This document shows, one piece after another, positions 7,946 to 18,280 of a DNA stretch of 64,000 bases (position 1 is its first letter; each line of letters starts with the position of its first letter). Both the position numbers and the translations under genes were made by a program. Below the pieces are notes generated by a model. It had not been told where the DNA came from. It did no database searches and saw nothing but the letters and a program-made list of their open reading frames with translations. The stretch covers positions 725,554 through 789,553 of the forward strand of contig JBAZYC010000001.1 in the NCBI GenBank assembly GCA_041659525.1, in the 5' to 3' direction. The stretch is from an archaeon. GTDB taxonomy: Archaea; Iainarchaeota; Iainarchaeia; Iainarchaeales; JAAZKV01.

Positions 7946-9295
7946 TTAGTTTCCGCAGTAAAATGTTGCTGTTAAGGTACCTTCTCGAGGCAGATTATTT
8001 AGACTGTTATCAGAATAATAAATAACATTTCCTGCCACCATTCCACCCATGCAATTTTCGTCAGAGAAAATGGAATCTTTTGCAAGACAAGAAATAAATC
8101 TACACTTTCTAGTATCACTACCTACTATCCAATGAATTAGTGTGCTTCCCATCATATTGGGGTGAAGACCATCTTTGTAACTTAAAGTTAAAACAAATGT
8201 ATTCTCATCTATTTTTTCCTGATTAGTTGTTGCGACAAAATCTAAGGGGGCATTCAAATCAGAAAATTGTTGACTATGCCCATTCGTTGTCACAATGGAT
8301 AATATCGCTGAGCTATACGGTGTTTTTTGTAAATAACAATAGTTTGAATCTGTCGGAATTGGAAATTTATTCAAATTTCTGTCATAGGATGAAAAATAGT
8401 CACAACTTGTACTTGTCATAGACCCATTGTTTGACACAACAGCATCTTTTGGGGATTGTAAAACAATATTATTAAGCAACTGAAAATTAATGTCATATAC
8501 TGCATTATAACTAACTTTATCCAATGTGAGAGGAGCTTGATAATTTTGGTCGACAGCATAAAACACGCCTATTTCATAATCAGTGCTTATTACATTGAGA
8601 CTTACGGACGGAAATATAAAAAAGAAAAGTAATATTGATATTACAAAAGAGCCAATAAAGGTTAATCCTGCTGTGAAAAGTAATTTTTTGTGGAAGGTGT
8701 TTTTTATTTTTGGGAAATACATAAGCCCTAGGAAAAAAGCTAGAAGACCTAAACCGACTGCCATATAAAAAACAGCGGTTAGCAATAGAGACGGCAAATA
8801 ATAGGAGACATTACTTCTAAAGATATTTATAAAACCAAACAATCCAAATGCAAAACCCAAAACAACAACTAAACTCGCCCCTATCCAAATAAGTAATTGT
8901 TTAGCATCTCTTTTATTACCAATTAGAAATACTAACAACCAAATAAAAACAAAATGAAGTACAACATACAAAGCTGAGGTTGTACTAAATAACAATTTTA
9001 CCTCCTCCAGATTTCCAATTAATCCTTTTAGTACTAATGAACTACCAAATGCCAAAAAGTAAGTTATAATTGTAAGTAAAATTGCTGGGAGTAATGCTTT
9101 GTTTAATAAGTTACTAATGGTAAACAAATCTTTGCCCTTTAAACCCAAAAATACCCAGCTATACCAAACAATAAATACAATTAACGAAACGACAAGTACT
9201 ATTTCAGGAATTGGGGCGAAGAAACTAATTGCATAAGCCATTAAGTCGTCTGCGAAACTCATATATTGAGATAGATTGGAATAGTTTAAGAACAA
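7946..9295 (-). CDS. Membrane protein with N-terminal multi-TM region and C-terminal extracytoplasmic domain
   Basis: 449 aa. About 8 hydrophobic helices are followed by a Cys-containing soluble domain; no family recognised. Confidence 0.4.
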   Translation of the reverse strand: MFLNYSNLSQYMSFADDLMAYAISFFAPIPEIVLVVSLIVFIVWYSWVFLGLKGKDLFTISNLLNKALLPAILLTIITYFLAFGSSLVLKGLIGNLEEVKLLFSTTSALYVVLHFVFIWLLVFLIGNKRDAKQLLIWIGASLVVVLGFAFGLFGFINIFRSNVSYYLPSLLLTAVFYMAVGLGLLAFFLGLMYFPKIKNTFHKKLLFTAGLTFIGSFVISILLFFFIFPSVSLNVISTDYEIGVFYAVDQNYQAPLTLDKVSYNAVYDINFQLLNNIVLQSPKDAVVSNNGSMTSTSCDYFSSYDRNLNKFPIPTDSNYCYLQKTPYSSAILSIVTTNGHSQQFSDLNAPLDFVATTNQEKIDENTFVLTLSYKDGLHPNMMGSTLIHWIVGSDTRKCRFISCLAKDSIFSDENCMGGMVAGNVIYYSDNSLNNLPREGTLTATFYCGN

Positions 9296-9394
9296 TTATG
9301 TTTAATTATTTTGCTATAATCTAATTGTTGAACCCAATATCTTTATTTTACTTTTAATGAGAACTAGTTTTCCTTCTTTTCTTTTAAAATTAGT

Positions 9395-10579
9395 TTATTC
9401 TTTTTCTTTAACGAATTTTAGCATTATTATTGCAACTATGGTTAATCCTAGTGATAAAATAAATGGGGTTGTTTTTCCCATGGTGTCCCAAAGAATTCCT
9501 GCTATTAAAGAAGCAGGAAGTGCGCATAGGCCTATTACCATTTGGTAGCCTCCTAGTGCGCTTGCTCTGAATTTCTTTGGAGCGAGTTCTGAAACAAAAG
9601 TTGCTTGGATTGGGCCTAGTGCGGCGTGGTGGAGTCCGTAGAATACAAATGTTAGTAAAATCGCCCACCATGCGTTTGATGAAATAAATATTATGCAAGT
9701 AATTGCCCAAAAGAGTAGGGCTATGTACATTACTTTTTTTCGCCCAATTTTGTCAGCGAGTTTTCCAAATGGAAGAGAAAAAGTTGCTGCGAGAACTACA
9801 TAAACTAAATAAAGAATTGGGATGAAAGTTAATTCGTATCCTGTTTTACTTGCGAATACTAAAAGGAATGAATAACTAAATGAACCTAGTGCAAATACTG
9901 CGCTTAGTGCGAGGAACAGTTTGTAATTATTACTAAGGTTTTTGAATTTTATTCCTTTGTAGAGTTTTATTTTATCATTCTTTTTTTCTTTTATTATAAA
10001 ATAAACTAGTGCTGCACTTATTACTGATGGGATTGCTGCGAGCATAAAAAAAGTGGTGTAACCAAAATAGTTTATTAAAAAAATACATAAGAGTATTCCA
10101 AATACTCCTCCTAATTTGTCAAGTCCTTTTATTAATCCAAAATTGTGTCCTCTATTTTTGTCAGTAGAGTGATCTGCCACAAGTGCGTCTCTTGGAGCGT
10201 CACGAATTTTTCCTGCTCTATCAATTATTCTAAATGGAATAATCATTGGCCAACTTGTGGAAATAGCATACCCAATTCTTGAGATTGCTCCTATTAAGTA
10301 ACCTAACCAAATGAATACTTTTCTTTTTCGTAATCTATCAGAAGCATATCCGCTTGCGGCTTGCGAGAGTGAAACTAGCGCATCTCCTAGTCCATCAACT
10401 AGTCCAAGTACGGACATGTTTGCGCCTAGAACGGTTGTAAGAAAGAGAGGCCAAATAGGGTAAATCATGTTCGCCCCAAAATCGTTTAAGAGAGAAGCAA
10501 TTCCAAAAGTCCAAACGGTTTTTTTGCTTTCGGAAAGAATTTTAGGGTTTTTTCGGGTTAAATTTTTTTTCTTTTGCAT
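9395..10579 (-). CDS. MFS-family transporter
   Basis: 394 aa with about 12 TM segments. MFS-like loop motifs: GYASDRLRKRKVF, and after TM6 a second repeat, ADKIGRKKVMY. Confidence 0.65.
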   Translation of the reverse strand: MQKKKNLTRKNPKILSESKKTVWTFGIASLLNDFGANMIYPIWPLFLTTVLGANMSVLGLVDGLGDALVSLSQAASGYASDRLRKRKVFIWLGYLIGAISRIGYAISTSWPMIIPFRIIDRAGKIRDAPRDALVADHSTDKNRGHNFGLIKGLDKLGGVFGILLCIFLINYFGYTTFFMLAAIPSVISAALVYFIIKEKKNDKIKLYKGIKFKNLSNNYKLFLALSAVFALGSFSYSFLLVFASKTGYELTFIPILYLVYVVLAATFSLPFGKLADKIGRKKVMYIALLFWAITCIIFISSNAWWAILLTFVFYGLHHAALGPIQATFVSELAPKKFRASALGGYQMVIGLCALPASLIAGILWDTMGKTTPFILSLGLTIVAIIMLKFVKEKE

Positions 10580-10648
10580 AATAGGACTAAGATGAGTTAA
10601 GGGGTTATTAATTTGTTGGTTAAGAAAAGAATTTGTTAAATAACAAAA

Positions 10649-11488
10649 TTAAGGGTGTGGTTTTTTTAATTGTAATTTTATTTCTGCTTGAACATCTTTG
10701 AAATATGCTCTCCAATAAGAATCATTGAGAACTTGTGAGAGATTGAATTGATATTCTTCAACTTCTCCACTTAACTGATTTCTAGCTACTATAGTTTCTC
10801 TTGCTCCGTGTGGCTCAACTGCTTCAGGAAATCCTCTTTCTGGACTTTTTTCTAATAAAATAAAGAGATGGACTTTTGAGTTTGGAAAAGCCTTTTCTAG
10901 TGCTGATTTAAAATAATATGATTGACTTTTTTGATTTGAGAAGTCTTCTATGATTACAATATTTTCTTTGTTTTTAAGAGAACCATAAGCAGGACTTGCC
11001 CGTATGTACTCTGCAAGTGCACTTGATCCTTTATCGAAAGCGAGTTCGTATTCTTTTCCTTTATTTCCCTGAAGTAATATATTTCCAAATAAGAATGATT
11101 CTGTAGTTCTTCTAGTTCCAGGTTTAGCTTTCATACAAACAGCTTGAGGAAGTTTTTGTCCAAGTTGCCAGCAAGCGGTTCGAACTAATCTTTCTGCCAT
11201 TAATCCTTTTCGTCCCACTGCAAAAATAGCTGAATTGGGGTTTGATTTAAAAATTTTAATAACTGGGCGAGCAACATTAATAGAAGCGGTTGCAGCAAAT
11301 TGTACTTGGTGTTGTTTCCAATATTGGGTCCCTGGTTGGCGTATTGTTTTTAGAAGGCCTCTTACCCGTTTTCTCCACATGCTTTTTAGACCTTTTTTCC
11401 AAACTTTTGTCTGGCTTCGTTTCCTTTCAGATAAACTGAGTTCAGACGGAGCACTTGTTACTCCAATTATTTTTGAACGGGTCTTCAT
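10649..11488 (-). CDS. Hypothetical basic protein
   Basis: 279 aa with a highly basic N-terminus; I could not assign a family. Confidence 0.3.
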   Translation of the reverse strand: MKTRSKIIGVTSAPSELSLSERKRSQTKVWKKGLKSMWRKRVRGLLKTIRQPGTQYWKQHQVQFAATASINVARPVIKIFKSNPNSAIFAVGRKGLMAERLVRTACWQLGQKLPQAVCMKAKPGTRRTTESFLFGNILLQGNKGKEYELAFDKGSSALAEYIRASPAYGSLKNKENIVIIEDFSNQKSQSYYFKSALEKAFPNSKVHLFILLEKSPERGFPEAVEPHGARETIVARNQLSGEVEEYQFNLSQVLNDSYWRAYFKDVQAEIKLQLKKPHP

Positions 11489-11548
11489 AAGATTATAAGT
11501 GAATTTTCAGACTAATAAATATTAGCTTTGTTAAAAAAAGAGTTAAAT

Positions 11549-12595
11549 TTATTTTACTTCAATTAATTCATATTTTTGACTTCCTAGCCCTATTTTTTCT
11601 GCGTGTTCAAGTACGTGGTCTCCGCCAAACATTTGTTTCTTCTCGTTTTTTCTTAAAAGATCTAAGCAGGCTTTATCTAAAGCAACTGGGTCAGTGGAAG
11701 CTAGTACTCCAATATCTTTTGCAATTGTTTGTTGTTCGCGTCCGTCACAGTCACAATTTTTTGTAATATTGAATACAAAGTTAAGGTAAATTACTTTTTT
11801 TCCTTTCTGTGCAGCGTAAGCGTGTTCTGCTAGTTTTTCAACAAATTCTCCTGGGCTAGTGCTTGCCCAATTAACGTGTACTGCCCCATATGGGCAAACC
11901 GCAATGCATTTTGCGCAGCCAATGCAAAGCGAGTAATCAATGTGAGGAACTAGCGTATCTATTATGCATGCTTCTGTTGGACAATTGTTTAAGCATGTGT
12001 GGCACTTTTTGCATTGAAGAGGATTGATTAGTGGTTTTGATTGGGCATGCATTGCAAGTTTTCCTCCGCGAGCAGCGCACCCCATTGAGAGTTGTTTTAT
12101 TGCGCCCCCAAATCCTGCGAGCATGTGTCCCTTAAAGTGAGCAAGAACAATTAGTTGTTTAGCCTGTGCAATTTCTTTTCCTATTTTGCATTCCTTGAAA
12201 TGCTTTGGTTTTGCGTCTTGGATGTTAACATTTTCATAAGCTTCCCCCATCTCTCCGTCAGCAATTACTATTGGGAGTTGAGTAAATCCATGTTCTTTTG
12301 CAAGAGCTAAGTGACTTTCTCTTGTTGTTCTTCTTCCTCGGTAAAGAACATTTGTTTCAATATAAGCTGCGTTTGCTTTATTTTCTTTTAAATAATTTAT
12401 TATTCCTTCAAAATTCTTTGATTCTATGTAAGTAATATTTTTTGCTTCTCCAAAGTGGACTTTTAGTGGAACTCTTTCTTTAAAATCAAGCATTTTGTTT
12501 TCTTCGTTAATTTTTTTTAAGAGTTCGCCAGCAGATTTACTTATTTCTCCAGTTTTTAAGTAGGAATCAATTGGCTTGAAATAAACTTTTGACAT
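11549..12595 (-). CDS. DUF362-domain protein with 4Fe-4S ferredoxin-type dicluster domain
   Basis: N-terminal DUF362-like region, then two CxxCxxCxxxCP motifs (CKKCHTCLNNCP and CIGCAKCIAVCP). Confidence 0.6.
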   Translation of the reverse strand: MSKVYFKPIDSYLKTGEISKSAGELLKKINEENKMLDFKERVPLKVHFGEAKNITYIESKNFEGIINYLKENKANAAYIETNVLYRGRRTTRESHLALAKEHGFTQLPIVIADGEMGEAYENVNIQDAKPKHFKECKIGKEIAQAKQLIVLAHFKGHMLAGFGGAIKQLSMGCAARGGKLAMHAQSKPLINPLQCKKCHTCLNNCPTEACIIDTLVPHIDYSLCIGCAKCIAVCPYGAVHVNWASTSPGEFVEKLAEHAYAAQKGKKVIYLNFVFNITKNCDCDGREQQTIAKDIGVLASTDPVALDKACLDLLRKNEKKQMFGGDHVLEHAEKIGLGSQKYELIEVK

Positions 12596-12658
12596 TTTTC
12601 ATCTACCTTTATTTGTTTTTAATTTTTTTTGGTTTTTTAAAACTTTATTTTTCAAATT

Positions 12659-13381
12659 TTATTTTTGCTCTTTTTTGTATTCTTTGTAAGAATATATTAT
12701 GAGTCCAATTGAGCCTATTATTAGTGGCACTAAAAGCAGAATTATAAAATAATTTGGGAGAATTATTCCAAATATGCAGAGTATTGCCGTTCCTTTGAAT
12801 AGTTTTTCTCCAAGTTTGTGTGTTTTATCCCAAACCGTATCACTGCTTAGTGTCCAAGGGGTTCTTATTCCAATAAAATAATTTCTCTTAGCTTTTCCGA
12901 TTAAATTTCCTACTGAATAAAATAGTGCAGCAAATGCAGGACTAAATAAAACCCCTATTTGTAAAGGGATTCCTAAATTTAGTAAAATTACTATTATTTG
13001 TATGTAAAGCATGAATCCTGAAAATACTGCAATAAACTTTTGGTATTCTTCTTGGATGCTTTCCATATTTTTTCTAAAAGGATCTAGTTTTGGTAGGTAA
13101 TACAAAACCGCAATTATAATTGTCATTAATACTGGGATTATTGCTAAACCCATTTCTTTTGAAGAGAATCCATTTGCTTCTCCATTTAGCCCCCAATGTG
13201 TAATCATTGTAGGGGGGAGCAAGTTGTAAGAGAAAGCGCTTATGAAAAATGCGAATAATATGCAAAGGTAAATAATTACTAGATTAGGGTTTATTGTTCT
13301 TTGACCTGGAGTGGCCTGCTTTGCTTGTTTTGCCTGCTTCTTCTGTATTGCTTGGCTTACGCGAGTTGTTTGGCTTTTCAT
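12659..13381 (-). CDS. Membrane protein, DUF1648/SdpI-like
   Basis: 240 aa, multi-TM. The motif PPTMITHWGLNGEANGFSSK resembles the DUF1648 signature. Confidence 0.4.
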   Translation of the reverse strand: MKSQTTRVSQAIQKKQAKQAKQATPGQRTINPNLVIIYLCILFAFFISAFSYNLLPPTMITHWGLNGEANGFSSKEMGLAIIPVLMTIIIAVLYYLPKLDPFRKNMESIQEEYQKFIAVFSGFMLYIQIIVILLNLGIPLQIGVLFSPAFAALFYSVGNLIGKAKRNYFIGIRTPWTLSSDTVWDKTHKLGEKLFKGTAILCIFGIILPNYFIILLLVPLIIGSIGLIIYSYKEYKKEQK

Positions 13382-13451
13382 ACTAACTCTTTAATTCTTA
13401 AAGTTTTTAAGGAAGTCGCAAACCAAATGAATTAGGAAGTTTTTTATTTGC

Positions 13452-13976
13452 TTGATTCTTCTATTGGTTAGTATGTATCCTGAAATGAAGTCAAAAAAGA
13501 GTGCAAAACCGCTTGCTAATTCTAGTGAAGAGAAGAACAATAGAGAGATTGTGGGTTTAGTTGTTTTTGATGGGGAAAAGTTCTTGTTAATGCATAGAGT
13601 GCTGAATTGGAAGGGTTGGGAATTTCCTAAAGGCCACCTAAAAGAAGGGGAATCCTATAACACCGCAATTGGCAGAGAACTATTTGAAGAAACGAGCATA
13701 AAAAAATTTGAAGTAGTTGAAAGCATTGATGAACTTGAGTATTATAATGATTCTAGAAAAATTAATAGTCATATAAAAAATTTTTTAGTTAGAGTTTCTA
13801 GTAATAATAAAATTAGTTTTGAGAATCAATCAATTAAAGATGGGAAGAAAGTTATTGAACATGATGATTTTAGATGGTGCTTTCCTGGAGAAGCCGTAAA
13901 AAAGCTTACTCACAAGAATATGAAAGAAACAATGAAGAAAGCCATTGCAATGCTTGGGCTTGACTTCGAAAAGTGA
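13452..13976 (+). CDS. Nudix hydrolase
   Basis: The Nudix box GHLKEGESYNTAIGRELFEETSI matches Gx5Ex7REUxEExGU. Confidence 0.65.
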   Translation: MILLLVSMYPEMKSKKSAKPLANSSEEKNNREIVGLVVFDGEKFLLMHRVLNWKGWEFPKGHLKEGESYNTAIGRELFEETSIKKFEVVESIDELEYYNDSRKINSHIKNFLVRVSSNNKISFENQSIKDGKKVIEHDDFRWCFPGEAVKKLTHKNMKETMKKAIAMLGLDFEK

Positions 13977-13993
13977 AATTTAGTTAATTACAT

Positions 13994-14239
13994 TTGTTCG
14001 GCACTCAAAATCCTGGACATATTTTACAATTATTTGGTGAAAAAATGGATTTATTTGGAAAAAAAGAAGAGGAAAAAAAAGAAAGTACTTCAGAAGAAAG
14101 TTCTGATTCAACTGAAGGTAAATACCAAGAAGCTTGTTCTTTGTGTGGTAAAGCTCCAACTGATAAAAAGTGGGGCGGACAATTCTTTCATCGCAAGTGT
14201 TATAGAAAATTGAAGAAGGGAGCTAGGGGAATGATTTAG
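13994..14239 (+). CDS. Small acidic/basic protein with putative zinc-ribbon (C-x2-C…H-x3-C)
   Basis: 81 aa, with CSLCGKAP…FFHRKCY. The start may be the internal Met (MDLFGKK). Confidence 0.3.
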   Translation: MFGTQNPGHILQLFGEKMDLFGKKEEEKKESTSEESSDSTEGKYQEACSLCGKAPTDKKWGGQFFHRKCYRKLKKGARGMI

Positions 14240-14508
14240 AGTGACTTCATTCCTATTATGACGAGTCCGTATTTTTCTAGTTCTTCTTTTGTATGGATTT
14301 TTTCCATTCCTTTTGTATTTGTGATGTAAGTAACTTGTTTTTTTATTTCTCTGCCAGTATAGTTTTTATTTTTTGGGTTCCATTCGCGGAGCAGAATTAA
14401 ATCTCCTTCTTTTATTTCGAAATCTGCAAGTCTTACTTCAAAGTTTTTTGTTCCCATAAGCACTTTTTCGAAATATTCAGGCCAAATTTTTTTTTCTATT
14501 AAATTCAT
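14236..14508 (-). CDS. ASCH/PUA-like small protein
   Basis: 90 aa. The pattern FEVRLADFEIKEGDLILLREW resembles ASCH/DUF3850 beta-barrel proteins. Confidence 0.4.
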   Translation of the reverse strand: MNLIEKKIWPEYFEKVLMGTKNFEVRLADFEIKEGDLILLREWNPKNKNYTGREIKKQVTYITNTKGMEKIHTKEELEKYGLVIIGMKSL

Positions 14509-14526
14509 TTATTCACTTTCTTTGGA

Positions 14527-16410
14527 TTATTTTTTTTGTATTTCTTTTCTTAATATTTCGCTGAGTACTTTTCCATCTACTCCTTTGAGAGACTCTTCTC
14601 GCATAATGTCTCCCATTAAGGGTCCAATTGCACCCATTCCTTTTGCTTTTACAATACTTGAATTTTTTAGTATAATTTCTTTTATTTTGCTTTCAATTAT
14701 TTTTGTATCTACACTTTGAATTTGTTTTGCTAATATTTCTGAAATTGTTTTTCCTTTCGAGATTGCTTCAACCGCTTCGCCTAAATTGTTTTTTGATATT
14801 TTTCCTTTGCTTTCTAGTATTAGTAATTCTCTTAGTTCTTCACGAGCAACTTTTTCAACTTCTACCCCATTTCTCTTTAATTCAGTTAGGGTTTGAAGTA
14901 ATAATCCTGCAGCAACTTTTGCCTGTGCGCCAAGTGCTACAGTTTCTTCAAAAAATCTTGCAAAATTATTTAGTTTCATCTCTTCAACATGATTTGTACT
15001 TAAACCCATTTTTGCATATGCTTTTTCTCTCTCACTAACGTTTTTTGGAAGTCCTTTTTCTAAAACTAGTAAGTATTTTGAGTTTATTTCTTTGAATGGA
15101 ATATCCGTTTCTGGATACATTCTTGCTTCTCCAGCAATTGGTCTTTGGTATTCACTACTTCCATCTTCTAGTGCCCCTCGTGTTTCCATAGGAACTCTTT
15201 CAAACGCAACAAGTATTCTTCCTTTTATTGCTTCAAATGCTTTTAATGCATTTTCTTTTTGTGCAACAATTAAAACAAAATTGTCTTCATTAGTACATTT
15301 GAGTGCTTTGCAAACATCTTCTACTTCGTTTTGTGTTATTCCGTAATTTGGTAATTCGTCTCGGTGAAGTAATCCGCTTACTCCAGTTGCTTTTGCATAA
15401 TTAGATAATTCACTTCCAAATCTCTTTGCTCCGATTTTTTCTCCCAAACTTCCTTTCAGGTTATTTAGTTTCATTGCAAAAATTGTTTTTCCTTTCACAA
15501 ATTTTGCTGCACTATTTGTAAATACATTTGTTAATTCAGTACTTTCAGAAAATAGTTCTTGTTTGTTTTTTAATTTTCCAAATTTTTCATTTAATTTTTC
15601 TTTTAAATTTAAAAGATCTAATTGTCTTTCAGCTTCTTTCTCAACAACCGTTCCAATCATCTCTAGTTCTTGGCATCCTTTTATTTCGCATCTTGATCCT
15701 TGTGCAATTGAAACATTTACATCCTGTCTAATAGTTCCTTTTCCTCTTTTTGTTCTTCCTGTTAATCTCATTACTTCCCCAATTTTTCCAGCAGTTGCAA
15801 TAGCTTCCGCGGGTGTTCTAATATCAGGATCAGTTGCAAGTTCAATTAGTGGTATTCCTAATCTGTCAAGGTTGTAGTATACTTTTCCATCCTCTTTTTT
15901 TATTGGTCTTGCAGCATCCTCTTCAAGTACAATTGTTTGCACTCCAATTTTTTTTGCTTTTCCTTCGCTTGTTTTTATTTCAAAGCTTCCACCAAGTGAA
16001 ACAAGTGAGGTTCTCTGAAATGCACTTGTGTTTGAACCATCTATTACAGTTTTTCTCATAGTGATTAATTTGCTCACTGGTTTTGAATTACAAAGTAAAG
16101 CTACTTCAAGAACCGTTTTTAGTGCCTCTTCATCCATTGGTTGTGGAGGTTCTTCATCGAGTTCAATTAGTGAAATGTTTTCTTTTTTTCCAGAGTAATA
16201 AAATGTTTCATTTCTTTTGAAAGCATCAATAGCAGTTTTATCATATTCTCCCAGTTCACTAGCAACGGGCCTAAGTTTTCTTTCAACAGTAAAATCAATT
16301 TCATCAGTTAGGATACTGGGAGTTCTAATAAACAATTTTCCAGTATCTAATTGTTGGTGTACTTCTAGTCCGCATTTGAGTCCTAGTTTTTCAAAATCTG
16401 CTTTTTGCAT
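14527..16410 (-). CDS. gatE: Glu-tRNA(Gln) amidotransferase subunit E
   Basis: 627 aa. The N-terminus is KLGLKCGLEVHQQLDTGKLF, and an internal AspRS-like insertion gives the GatE-specific length. Confidence 0.85.
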   Translation of the reverse strand: MQKADFEKLGLKCGLEVHQQLDTGKLFIRTPSILTDEIDFTVERKLRPVASELGEYDKTAIDAFKRNETFYYSGKKENISLIELDEEPPQPMDEEALKTVLEVALLCNSKPVSKLITMRKTVIDGSNTSAFQRTSLVSLGGSFEIKTSEGKAKKIGVQTIVLEEDAARPIKKEDGKVYYNLDRLGIPLIELATDPDIRTPAEAIATAGKIGEVMRLTGRTKRGKGTIRQDVNVSIAQGSRCEIKGCQELEMIGTVVEKEAERQLDLLNLKEKLNEKFGKLKNKQELFSESTELTNVFTNSAAKFVKGKTIFAMKLNNLKGSLGEKIGAKRFGSELSNYAKATGVSGLLHRDELPNYGITQNEVEDVCKALKCTNEDNFVLIVAQKENALKAFEAIKGRILVAFERVPMETRGALEDGSSEYQRPIAGEARMYPETDIPFKEINSKYLLVLEKGLPKNVSEREKAYAKMGLSTNHVEEMKLNNFARFFEETVALGAQAKVAAGLLLQTLTELKRNGVEVEKVAREELRELLILESKGKISKNNLGEAVEAISKGKTISEILAKQIQSVDTKIIESKIKEIILKNSSIVKAKGMGAIGPLMGDIMREESLKGVDGKVLSEILRKEIQKK

Positions 16411-16497
16411 AACATAAAGTTAGTGGGAAAGATTAAAAAAAGCCCTTTTTGTTCCAAACTCGGGGGGTATTTATTTTTTTTGGATGCCAATTATTGT

Positions 16498-17757
16498 ATG
16501 GTTAGTGTAATTAATGTTGCTCTTGTGGGCTTAGGTACAATAGGTTCAGGAGTAGTTGAGATTTTGCTAAATAATTCTAAATTAATTGAAAAGAGGACTG
16601 GGGTAAAAATTGTTCTAAAAAATGTTTGCGATTTGGATGAGAAAAGAGCGCTTTCTCTTGGCGTTGAAAAGATTTTGATTAAGGATTATAAAAAAATCTT
16701 GGCTGATAAAGAGATTGATGTAATTGTTGAATTAATTGGGGGGTACGAGCCCGCTCACACAATTATTGTAGATTCTCTTAATTCAGGCAAACACGTTGTT
16801 ACTGCAAACAAAGCAGTGATTGCAAAGTATGGTTATGAATTATTTGAATTAGCCCAAAAGAATAAAGTAAATTTTTTGTTCGAAGCCTCTGTTGGAGGGT
16901 GTATTCCAATTATTCGAACAATTGAAGAGAGTTATTCTTCAGATAATATTGAAAGTATTTATGGGATACTAAATGGAACTACTAATTTTATTCTTACAAA
17001 AATGAATGAAGGATTAAGTTATGAGAGTGCGTTAAAGAAAGCACAAGAATTAGGTTTTGCAGAAGCGAATCCTTCTTTTGATGTAGATGGTTTTGATGCT
17101 GCTCAAAAACTTTTTATTTTAGCTTCCCTTGCTTTTGATGCAAAAATTTCTCAAAGTGCTTTTACAGAAGGTATAACAAAAATAACTTCTTCTGATTTAG
17201 AATATGCTTCAAAGATTGGTTATACTATTAAACTTCTTGCAGTGGCAAAAAAAACTAAAGAAGGAATTTCTCTTAGAGTTCATCCCGCATTAATTTCAAA
17301 AAATCATGTTTTTGCAAATGTTTCAAATGAAGTGAACGCAGTTCTTCTTTCAGCAAAACATGTTGGAGAAATATTTCTCTCAGGTAAGGGGGCAGGAAAA
17401 CTTCCTACAGCAACTGTAGTAGTTACTGATATTATTGAACTTGCTTCAAGAACTAGGGTTACTCAGCGTTACTTTGATGAAGTAAAAGTAATTCCTTTTT
17501 CGGAGAATGTTTCAAGATTTTTTATGAGATTTGTTATTGCTGATAAACCTGGGGTTCTTGCAACTATTACAAAAGTTCTTGGAGATGAAGGGATTTCAAT
17601 TGAATCTCTTGATCAAAAGAAATCAAGTGCTGATTCTGTCAGAGTAATGTTAATTACTCATCCTGCTAAAGAAGTTCAAATAGCCTCTGCTCTTAATGAA
17701 GCTAAAAAGCTTTCAAGCGTTAGTGAAATATCTTTAATTAGAGTGGAAGATTTTTAA
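16498..17757 (+). CDS. hom: Homoserine dehydrogenase (with C-terminal ACT domain)
   Basis: Rossmann N-terminus MVSVINVALVGLGTIGSGV, then NAD-binding and catalytic domains (…LNGTTNFIL…), and a C-terminal ACT-like domain. The listed ORF start (16405) overlaps the divergent gatE start, so the internal ATG at 16498 is preferred. Confidence 0.8.
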   Translation: MVSVINVALVGLGTIGSGVVEILLNNSKLIEKRTGVKIVLKNVCDLDEKRALSLGVEKILIKDYKKILADKEIDVIVELIGGYEPAHTIIVDSLNSGKHVVTANKAVIAKYGYELFELAQKNKVNFLFEASVGGCIPIIRTIEESYSSDNIESIYGILNGTTNFILTKMNEGLSYESALKKAQELGFAEANPSFDVDGFDAAQKLFILASLAFDAKISQSAFTEGITKITSSDLEYASKIGYTIKLLAVAKKTKEGISLRVHPALISKNHVFANVSNEVNAVLLSAKHVGEIFLSGKGAGKLPTATVVVTDIIELASRTRVTQRYFDEVKVIPFSENVSRFFMRFVIADKPGVLATITKVLGDEGISIESLDQKKSSADSVRVMLITHPAKEVQIASALNEAKKLSSVSEISLIRVEDF

Positions 17758-17831
17758 AAAAAGTTTTTTTCTTGCCAAAAAAGTAGGCAAGAAATTAAAT
17801 AAAATTATTTTTTTAGTTTACAATTTTTTTG

Positions 17832-18185
17832 TTAGCAATAACCGTAGTATCCGCAAACGCTTCCTCTTCCTATTGAGATTCCCCATCCATTACTTCCTGA
17901 GTAGATACTCATGTTAGTGTATCCGCCTGTTGGATAGTAAGTTGGCACTGGTACATATGCTGGATAAGCGTATGTTGGATAAACGTAGGTAGGGTAGCTT
18001 CTATAGTAAGTTGTACTATATGCGTATCCTGGTGTTGTGTAAACAGTGTATGCTGGAGTGGGCATGTAAACAGGAGAGTAGTAGTTGTCTGTGTAGTAGT
18101 ATCTGTTGAATCCTGTGTAAGCCATTGCTCCGCTGGCAACAAAAATTAATGCAACTAATAGTCCTAATAGATAAATTGCTTTCAT
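17832..18185 (-). CDS. Small secreted Tyr/Pro/Thr-rich low-complexity protein
   Basis: 117 aa. Signal peptide MKAIYLLGLLVALIFVASGAMA, then YYSPVYMPTPAYTVYTTPGYAYSTTYYRSYPTYVYPTYAYPAYVPVPTYYPTGGY. Confidence 0.5.
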   Translation of the reverse strand: MKAIYLLGLLVALIFVASGAMAYTGFNRYYYTDNYYSPVYMPTPAYTVYTTPGYAYSTTYYRSYPTYVYPTYAYPAYVPVPTYYPTGGYTNMSIYSGSNGWGISIGRGSVCGYYGYC

Positions 18186-18280
18186 ATGCTCACCTTCGTA
18201 TATATTGCTGCAAACCTTATTTATATACCTTTCGTTAACGTTAACCAGTTAATTAGGGGGGCTTTTTGAAGAGTTGGTTT

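Noticed and set aside
10649-11488. Possible mobile-element or replication protein (basic N-terminus)
   Set aside because: No integrase, transposase or Rep motifs that I can recognise, and no flanking repeats. Left as a hypothetical protein.
16405-16497. 5' extension of the homoserine dehydrogenase ORF
   Set aside because: It overlaps the divergent gatE start codon region, and the canonical Rossmann N-terminus begins at the internal Met (16498).
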